Part shown: one piece after another, positions 54,811 to 64,000 of the stretch | Layout: each line of letters opens with the position of its first letter | How positions within the stretch are numbered: position 1 is the first letter of the stretch | From: Balanoglossus misakiensis | Taxonomy: Eukaryota > Animalia > Hemichordata | Length of the DNA stretch: 64,000 nt | NCBI GenBank assembly: GCA_040954595.2 | Contig: CM082596.2 | Coordinates: 1,393,854 to 1,457,853 of the forward strand | Reading direction: 5' to 3' | Program-made: the position numbers and the translations under genes | Notes under the pieces: model-generated | Database searches by the model: none | The model's input: only the letters and a program-made list of their open reading frames with translations | What the model was told of the DNA's origin: nothing

Positions 54811-55768
54811 GATGATAATAATAAACAGTCGTTGTCAATGTCCTGGTCTCCTCTTTTCAAAAGAGGATCGTGGAATAAGATCAGCCCAAAATATCTGCAT
54901 ATTTTTCATCGGAGGATTATAATAATACAGACTAATTTTTACATGTAAACTTTGGAGTCTGCTGTTTAATATGCCTGTAAACTTTGTTATGCAAATATAT
55001 GACCATATTTGGATAGCTTGGGAAACAAGAGCAAATTTTACAATGACTCTAGATGGCGCTGAATCACAAGCAACTATGTCAATGTCTTCGAAATTTGAAT
55101 ACAAGGGGTCCCATTTCATTTATCCATTGTTTATGAGCAAACAACTTTCCCGGGAAGCTTTGAATACAGCTTTCTCATCAATTTTAATAATTAAAATAAA
55201 AAAAAGCAACAAAATGGAGCTGATAACCCCTCCCCAAAACAGCAGGTATATACCTGTCCATTCAGATATAGCACAATTCACTCCATATGTTCCTGAGCCA
55301 CAATATACTTTATTTTCCAACATTAGTGCTTACATCAATGATAATGTCATATTATGATACACAGATGAGTAAGGTATCAAGAATGAAAATCTGAACTTGA
55401 GGGACACTGTTCAAAGTGAAATCGGCACAATAACCTAATGCTATTCTCAAGAAGTGTCAGGGTTTAAGCTTGCAATTCTCTCATCATTACGTCTGCAGTA
55501 AATGTCATGTCAGTATATTTGTAGTCTAGAATCCAGACTTGATTTTTCGATTTGTGAATGAGTCTGGCTTCTAGACTAGTATATTTTGGACCATTCAGTT
55601 TATAACTGACAGGAGTTAGGGGGGGGGGGGTCATCTTAAATTGTGAAGCTGAAAGATAGGTGTTATGTTTTTTGCACATACTGTACAAATGGTTTTGTCA
55701 CCTACCGTACAGCAGGTCACTTTAATATTTACAACATAGATGTTCTTTTTTTTGTTGGATTCCTAGAC

Positions 55769-55847
55769 TTAACCCTTTCTGGCCAGATATCCTATATATA
55801 GGAGAAATTTGGATACGTTCCAAGAAAGCCAGGCTTGAAAGGGTTAA
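55769..55847. mobile_element. 79-bp TTAA-flanked piggyBac-like miniature element (different internal sequence)
   Basis: TTAA-CCCTTTC ... GAAAGGG-TTAA with perfect termini and target-site duplication. Confidence 0.75.
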
Positions 55848-56227
55848 ATAAAAATGTAGACAGTTTGCACCCCTTCCTCAAGAAAAAGCTGAATAGTCCC
55901 TTACACGATAGCCCTGCACCATTGACATTATAGAATTTGACACGTTTAGTATTTTAGATACACTAGGTCCATGCACGTCAGCTTATGTTGGAACGTGCAT
56001 GGATCTAAATTGTGTGTCACATCCACGATAGGTCCAGCCGTTTGTATGATATTGACATATGATAAGAATGTAGAATCAGATAAGAATCAGATTTGCAAGC
56101 AAATTTTAAAAAATCATTTAAACAGGAAATAAAGAAAATAAAGCAGAAAATTGCGACTCATTGACCATTCAATTTTGACTTTGTACATTAATGTAGACTG
56201 AAATGCGGATGACATACGCATTTTTGC

Positions 56228-56962
56228 CTAGCCTGCCAACACAAAAATTATTGTGATAATTAAAACTATTATCATCATAATTGGAAATTTAGCCGGCTGA
56301 CTTCCAGTACTTGCTTCCCCGTCATCTGCATCTGAGAAAAAAAAATGCAAAAGAGAATGTTTATATAATGTGTGCTATATGTTGTTGCATGGTACATGTA
56401 CATTAAATTTATTCAACTTCAATTCAACTGAATTATTGTGCCACTTTGTGTTATAAAAACAAATTACCTTTCACCAATACTGTAGCATTAATTGTTTGCG
56501 GCCTTGCAAGGACATGGCTACATTTCCAGACTCCTTCATAATTGTGTGTGATATTTTTGATGAGTAGGTGGTACTCTCCCTTCGACCTGTCACCAATCAC
56601 CTCACAGCATGGATCGAAAATAATGTCCCCGCCTGAAATTCCATCTGGTTGGCCACCATTTCTTATCAAATCCCATCTCGGTTTAGCTGGGTGATTTTGA
56701 TTCAAACCAGTCAGAGAACAGTTGATTCTTACATCTTCCCCAACTGTTGCATTGACATCTGTTGGGCGATCTTTCCATTCAGGAATTCCTGAAAGACAAA
56801 CCAAGTGGTGTATAAAGGAAATAGTAAGCAATATAAAAGTGACAAAAATACCAGTAACATATGACATATAATATTGTCTATGGCAGAGTAAACATTATAC
56901 ATACCTTGTGTAGAATTGAATGCCATCCATGTAATTATCCATAATATATTGTAGTTAAGCAT
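56228..56962 (-). CDS. Small single-Ig-domain cell-surface glycoprotein, predicted GPI-anchored (~160 aa); exons 56962-56905, 56788-56468, 56331-56228
   Basis: Signal exon MLNYNILWIITWMAFNSTQ. The phase-1/phase-1 Ig exon has VRINC...PRW...YHLLIKNITHNYEGVWKC. The last exon DADDGEASTGSQPAKFPIMMIIVLIITIIFVLAG* is a hydrophobic tail ending at the stop. Total 483 nt in frame. Confidence 0.8.
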
Positions 56963-57085
56963 CTTTACATGTAATTGATAAGGTATAGGTATATTTGACA
57001 GCAAGACAGGATATTGATTACTGAGAAACAAAACAATAAATAGATGAATAAATAAAACACACCACAGTATAAATGAACGAATGGA

Positions 57086-57112
57086 TGAATGAATGAATGA
57101 ATGAATGAATGA
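57086..57112. repeat. (GAAT)n microsatellite
   Basis: Tandem gaat units. Confidence 0.9.
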
Positions 57113-59289
57113 TACACCAGCATGGAGTGTACATTGTATGGTACCAACTTTATATGTAACTCATTAAGTTTTTGTCACATAAGAACATTTTTTCAGATCA
57201 AACATAATGAAGTCAAATAAATTAAAATGGCACAGTTGTTAATAGACCCTCAATCTCTCCAAAACAATACTGACAGTGACAATAATCCGTTGCCTCTACG
57301 GGTCAAAAGTTCAGCGTCACCCTGCAGTAAATCTGGCTATCTGTGCTGATCCGGATTTTGGTTTAAGCAGTTTTTCACATACCACCTGTGGAGCCTCTAG
57401 CAGTAAAGAAACCACAAGTGTACCCACAGGGGCCTCTCCCTCCGCAATTTTGTTTGTTTGTTTGTTTGTTGTTATTCAACTTGAATGGAATTTTCCAGAA
57501 CAACTTTGATGATGACATCATCATGGATTCACCTTAATTCCACAATCATCCACAACTTCACAGAGATTTACCAAGAAGTTTTACGTAACTTACACCAGAC
57601 CCCGTCCTTTTTACTCTACAGTAAGAATTCTATTGCACACACTGCACACAGTTTACATGTATTTATATACATAACATTGATAGTATACTGGTAGTAGTAA
57701 TTTTCTGTTACACCAGCAAAACTTGTTATAATTACCGGTATATACATCATTTTTCAACTCAGTAAAAAAAGATTTTTGATTTTTTGAGTTGTAGAATAGC
57801 CAAAATAATATCAATAATACTGGAGGGCAAGTAGTACCGGTATGACCTCCATAACAAATAGAAGTGGAAAACAAGGTGGATGGTCAGTGTTGACATTTCT
57901 TTCGCCGTACGTTATACACGCAATATAAGCACATGGAATTTGTCTCTTCATATAGGATTAGCTTTATACATGATAGAAGTTAAACCAACTTTTAGTGGCA
58001 TTGTAGCTCAGCCATAGATGTAATTAAACCATACTTGAATGTGTTCACCCAAAGAAAAACCACCAATGAAAAAATGCTGACTCATAAAGAAATGATATTC
58101 ATCAATACCTTCAATTTTACCGAGCATAATCATTAATTATGGATTTTAGGATTCTCCTTTGTAAGTATAGTAATAATCCGTAACAAAATTTTGGGGTCAC
58201 CTAGCTAGTTTTTGAACTACAAGACCATAAAAAATACTGTCACATCAGCATTCATTAATCAAACGGTCAGACAAACGTTTATGGTCCATAAAGGCACTTC
58301 CTGTAACAATTAAGACTGGTGTCTGGACAGTCATGAAGTATAGAACTTTTGAGCATGGTGACCGTACTATTTTATTCAACCACTGGCTAAACTTGTGTAA
58401 AACTTAAATCATTACTTACCAGAGGCAGACGTATCTACACTTCTGTCGAGAGTTGATCGTTGGAACAAACTGGTCTATTCAAGAGCGTAATAAGTAGAAC
58501 CTGTATGTGATTCACCTGTTGCTAAATAGCGTATTTGGCTTGAATGGAGTGCGACCTTTGATCTTACGCTTCCTGCCGCGTCAGAAAGGAACGGAACCAA
58601 TCATGACTTCGTAGTCACTGTTGTTGTTGACAAATGAATTCAACTCCAGGCTTTATTTCAATTCTCAGCAATAGCAACAGTACGACTGACTACAAAAAAG
58701 ACTGTGTTGCACAACCAAATACTGAGCAATTCTTTATGTTTAACAAACACGCAACCACAGTTGACCTCAGCTATCTGAAAAATGTCCTGATAAATACTGT
58801 TGAGACAAACTGCCCTGAAAACCTTTTCTTTGTACAGTAACAATATGGGTTTAGATGCGGAAAGTTCCTTTCATTGCTTGTACAACAGACAAGTATGTTC
58901 ATCAATTTCTGTCACTTTAAACATTCTGACATTTTATTTCTGCTGAAAAGTGAGATGCTCTTCCACTTTCATCAACAGACTGCTTCTTTCTCTTTCTTTC
59001 ATCTGAAAAAAAACACACACCATATCTTCTTAGAAAACTTCAAAAACCCAATTGCCTTTTTCAAAATGTTGAAAAAAATTACTATATAGAAAATTAGGTC
59101 ATCCCCTCTCAAAGCTATTTTGATGTCTTTGCCTGAGCTTGTTCTTCTGTTATCTTCGGCACCAAAACAAGAACAGGACAGACACATTTCCATGGTGTTT
59201 TCCATCAGCGACAAGTTTCTAGTAATACTAATTCATGATGAAGACCTACCTTGAAAGGTACACGGTTGATTCATTTAACCAGTACTCGA

Positions 59290-62200
59290 TCACCAAGACA
59301 TCCAATCATCGCCTTTTGCTGAAAAAATTAAAGTAATGGTTCTTATAAAAGACAAGACAGTAAACATCATTTTCAAAATGACAGCAAAGAATTGAAAGTA
59401 TACCATTTTTCTGAAACTCTGTGCGAAGTCTTGGTATGGTTTTTGACTTACCCTTCTTCTTGGGTCGGCCTTTCCAGCTTTCTTCTAATCTGTTCAGAAA
59501 TATATCAAACACTTCCATGCCTGCAAGCATGGCTGTGTTATAATAATCTGTCAAAGTGAACAGAGGCAGAGATGAAATGAAGGTCTTATTTTTAAACTCA
59601 ATCTCTTCGATAATATTCATATGCTTGTAATATAAACAAACTTTGTAATTTTTCTGATATTGATGTGTTTGTTGAAAAAGATAGAAAGCCACACACCTTT
59701 TCTTTTCCCAGCAGTTTCCTTATTTTTCTCACTATTTTTGTCCATTTTGTCCAACTGATGACAAAGTTCACTGCAAAATAATTATTACTTATGAGTGACC
59801 TCAGTCATGTTACATGCAACATAAGTGAACAGCCATCATTTGGGTTAGTCGAGTTGGTAACCAGGGTTGAAATGTTTATTATTCAGTATATTTGCTAGGA
59901 AGGAATAAGATGCAAAATTACCTTATCGTGGGTACATCCATTGGGTCGAAGTGGTCTGCTTCTTTGGCGTCAATAGGGACACACACACGTCCAGTTTTGG
60001 GATGAATACAGAATGGACTTTTCAGGAGATGGTTGAGGCCTTTGCTGACGTTGACATCCAGTCGTGGGTAGCAGTATTGCAGCATGATCTCCTTGACACA
60101 TGTTCCACACTTCCTGCAATTCTTCTGAAAGAGCAATGAACGCAACAACATTGACATTTTCAAGTTGTTCATGTAGTATCAGTGATGTAGATAATATCCA
60201 GTCACCCGTCAAAACGCCTGCTACATCTCAGCATGTGAGAGTCTTCAATGTTTCTAAACCCACAGAAACACACACATGTACAATAATCTATTCCCAATAC
60301 ATGGATACAGAGTGTCTGTCTGTAATTACCATTTATACTTCACCCCTGTAAATGTTGCCAATATGGTATGACCTTTTGATGATCAGGTGGTCTCATTATT
60401 TATAAGGGGTGACTTACTTTTTCTGTTTGTTCCTTGACTCTAGCTTTGAGTATCTCCCAGCGCTCCCTGGAATTCTGTCCTTTCAGCATGTCTTTGCCAA
60501 GTTGTTCTCTCAGCTGTGTCACTGGTTAAGATTTATACTACATGTATGTTAAAACTCAACTCAACCAAGACAAAAACAGTGAAACCATACTACAATACTC
60601 AAAGGATATCAATGTCTGGTACAAGAGCCAAAACTTTATCCCATGATTCTTTGCAGCCTAGAATGTCTTGGTTGTCTAGAGCTACCTCTTCAAAATAATC
60701 TTTGATTATTAAGTATGCTCTCCTGTAAGGCAAAAACAAATGGTTTTGGTTAACAGACCATAGTCCATTTATAAGTACATACCATCATAAAGAACTTCAA
60801 ATACATATATTGCAAGAAATCCCTCTGTAATGGGAAATAAGGTACTTACTCGACAGCAGGGTGTAGTGGTTCACGAAGGTTCACTTTCTTGATTTGATGT
60901 TCACCTCCCTAATTTGTATCAAAATTGTAATTTACTTGTCAGAAAAGAAGTCTTCATGAATTGTTCCACATGGTATCTAATATTTTTAAATCAAGTGACT
61001 GCTCATATACACTAGCTAGAGTTTACAAGTTTATACAGCACTTTTAAGAGGCTGACAAAATTTTCATTTAATGCAAGTAACCAAGGCAATGTTTCGCATG
61101 TACATGAAGACAAGTAGTCAGAGTTTTGCAGGAAGCAGACACTCTACCTTAATAACACTGAGGTATTCAGCAACAGCCGTCCGTCCAGTCTGTGATAATT
61201 TTCTTGCCCCCTCATCAGCAACCCAACAATGGACACCACGGCGACCAGAATAAACAAACAATTTGTGATCGTACCCAAAATCCTCTGGTGTGGGGAGAGA
61301 GTTTAAGAATGATTCCATAGAATTAATTGTTTGTATTCTGTACATATCAGAAATGATGTATAACAAGACAAAAACCAAGAGATGCAAACAAAACACTTCT
61401 GTGTGGTGCTGTTGTAATGGAAGGCCTTGGTTAAAGCTTTAACTTGAATTTTGACTTTGAAATGAACAGCAAGAAAACATTAATGGAAAGTTTTTTAACT
61501 TACCTTCTAAAGCTTTGTCTAAAACCTTGATTGCAATTGTCATCAATGGCCAACATTTCTCACAGATTTTAGCACCACTACAGAAAAAAGAAACAAGCAA
61601 TATAGATCAATTAAGACAGATACAAACTTGACTTAATAATGACCAAATGTTGAGTATACACGCTATCAACAAAAATGGCATTGAAAATTTACTTTTTCAA
61701 CAACAAATAATTAATAGAGGGTCTTTGGAAACATAAATCATAACAAATGTAATACTTACGAGCAGCAATTCCTGACATCATCATAATCTGTCATATCGAT
61801 ATCAAAGACAAGTTCTTTTTCTGATGCATAAAATACTTCTGGCTTTACTGTGAACCGCTCCTTCGGCTGAAAATAATATAAGGTTATATGATTCGTCCGC
61901 ACTGCAGTGTTAATATCAATCATTTGTTTTCTGATGTGCATTACAAGATTATAAATCTCTACCAGAAATCTGAGTTTAGAAAATAAATTCACATTCATGA
62001 TATAAAGTGATTGATAAGAGCTCGATAGTTTAACCTTTTCACCAAAATGGTTTGACCCAATCACATTGTTATCAACAATGTGATTGGCAAAGGTGGACTT
62101 CAGGGCGGGTAATACCAGACTTACTCTGTAAGTGTAGACAGCACCAATATCCATCTTATAAGGACATGCTTTCTTGATTTCTTGTTCCATATCAAGCTGA

Positions 62201-62731
62201 TTCACAAATGACTGATAACGGACGTAGACATCATTTTTCAATGTGAAAGAAAACTCGCGATAACTAAAGTAAGTTCTGGGAACTGAAATAGAATAGAAAC
62301 ACTTTTACTAAATGTTGAAATTGACAATAAGTTGTTGTATTCAAAGACTTCCGGGGAACACTGTTTACCCCCATGTAGCTATGGTTTGATCCTGAACACA
62401 AGCTCTGCGTCGCAGTACAGTTGCTCTAGGTTTCGCCTGGATTGGATTCGACGTCCAACCCTACCCTAACATCAGCCAAATCTCCAGCTACGGTAATGCA
62501 ATGCAGCTAGCCACGAAAATGACATGTTGTCAACAACACGCGCACCAGTGCAGTAAACAACCAAACCGTTTACAGACGACAGAATCAGAATCTTTTGACT
62601 GAATACTGAACAGGATACTTACATCCACCATAATTTAACCATCTGAAGTATGGTTCATATGGAAATAACCTTTTGTAGTATATCGTCAGCAACCCTGGGA
62701 GATCTTGTGGGTCATATTCAACTGGTTCCAT
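59290..62731 (-). CDS. PRIM1: DNA primase small (catalytic) subunit
   Basis: [79 protein letters not shown] and [32 protein letters not shown]. The last coding exon 59318-59290 encodes AKGDDWMSW*. Confidence 0.96.
60516..60609 (-). other. PRIM1: U12-type (minor spliceosome) AT-AC intron in PRIM1
   Basis: Donor |ATATCCTTT, branch-point-like TCTTAAC, then CAGTGACAC|. Removing it restores the frame LALVPDI-E-LREQLGK. Confidence 0.85.
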
Positions 62732-62769
62732 GTCGATATCCGCTATGATCATGTACCCTTTCTTCAGCA

Positions 62770-62830
62770 TACGCGTATTTCGCGCGATTTTTATATAACC
62801 TTTGACCTCGGAAGACCCCGCCCCTCTGCA
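62770..62830 (-). promoter_or_regulatory. PRIM1: PRIM1 promoter with E2F site and GC box
   Basis: TTTCGCGC at ~62778-62785 and CCCCGCCCC at ~62816-62824, just upstream of the start codon. Confidence 0.55.
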
Positions 62831-63569
62831 TTCCCAGAGAATAAAACACATTGTATTTTTGATATTTTGTACATTTTTGTCACGCATTTTAATGACAGAC
62901 ACATCACACATGATAAAGATGAAAATAAAATGGTCCACACACGCTTGGCAAAGCATGCGAGATTCGTACGTGACAAAATCAGGGCGTCGCCTCTGCATCA
63001 AAATCGTGTTCAGATTAACATTGCAATGTGGAAGTCCGGTATCTTATTAAACACATAACATCACATATTCTAGACTGGTTGGTACAAAAGGGCCTTGTGA
63101 TGTAAAAGAATAAAAATTATGTTACTTGATGGCAGAGCTTTCGTGTATCAGATATTTGAATTTATGTAGTATGGTGCAGATTGCCACCTACATGTATTTG
63201 CGTTGCGTCTTTTTATGACAAGGAAGTGTGCTTGCGTGTGTTCATTTCGCACTGCAAATAGGGGGCATAAAGAATGATAAAGATTGCACTATGTAAGTAT
63301 TGAAGACGTCGTTTACTTCTAAAAGCATGATTTCAGTTCTGTGAGAAATGTAAAGCTTGATGCGTGCTAAATTATTCTGAACGAGAGTCCGAGTTTCGGC
63401 GAGACTTCCGATATGGCCATAAGTATGTAAATATTCACAGATATGTTGATGAAGGAAAGTGGGGATACATTGAACTATTTTCAGTGAATTTCTTGCAGAA
63501 AACCAGGTTTAATCCCGGGTTTGAACAACCTGACACGCGCGGACAGGAATCATAAAGCTGTATATTTCT

Positions 63570-63655
63570 TGCCTCTCAAGAGGACACCGTCAATGACCTT
63601 TGGCACCGCGTCTCTGAAAAGTCAAAGGTCATTGACGGCGCCCTCTGGAGAGGCA
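63570..63655. repeat. 35-bp-arm inverted repeat (86-bp foldback)
   Basis: tgcctctcaagaggacaccgtcaatgacctttggc (63570-63604) versus gtcaaaggtcattgacggcgccctctggagaggca (63621-63655): four mismatches and a 16-nt loop. Confidence 0.85.
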
Positions 63656-64000
63656 CATGTATCTCCTCTTGTTTTCTTGCCCCTATCACAAATCCAGCTA
63701 TCTGATTGGCTAAGCCGGGATTTGTATTTGATTGTACTGGTATACTAGTTATAAACACTGATAATACACTGACTACAGTGGCATGCATATAAAATATAAA
63801 TTAAAGCTAGATTACAATAGTCTGGATGATAATCAGTAATACTTTATGCAGGTACAGCATGTATTAAAACCTGCACACTGGCATATATGTACATTGCACT
63901 ATCACCCATGGTAAACAGTCATTTGATTTTATCTGATAGGTTATTCCTGGCTGACATGCAAAGTTTGCTTTGTTGCTAGGAAAGTGGAGAGAGATGTCAA

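Noticed and set aside
62705-63058. Several overlapping ORFs in the PRIM1 promoter
   Set aside because: No motifs; the conserved PRIM1 N-terminus begins at 62731.

Overview
Intron-rich, AT-rich animal genomic DNA, probably a marine invertebrate deuterostome (inference only; not prokaryotic). Seven spliced host genes can be reconstructed by hand. They are two uncharacterised 4-exon genes lying head-to-head that appear to be ancient paralogs (6932-8258 minus; 8589-10406 plus), a DH-PH RhoGEF with a ~3.1 kb exon encoding a disordered region (17327-24295 plus), DNAJC13/RME-8 (27435-45810 minus), HELLS/LSH (48627-54011 minus), a small single-Ig protein with a signal peptide and GPI-like tail (56228-56962 minus), and PRIM1 (59290-62731 minus). 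The second-to-last DNAJC13 intron carries an antisense, ORF1-only Tx1/L1-type (ZCCHC3-like) gag ORF. That ORF has a chimeric extra zinc knuckle that stops at the host splice donor, and it reads on into the host exon. Other notable items are a 9-nt DNAJC13 microexon next to an RFX X-box minisatellite, an AT-AC minor intron in PRIM1, tiny TTAA-flanked piggyBac-like elements and several long hairpins. All exon boundaries were read manually and no database searches were run.
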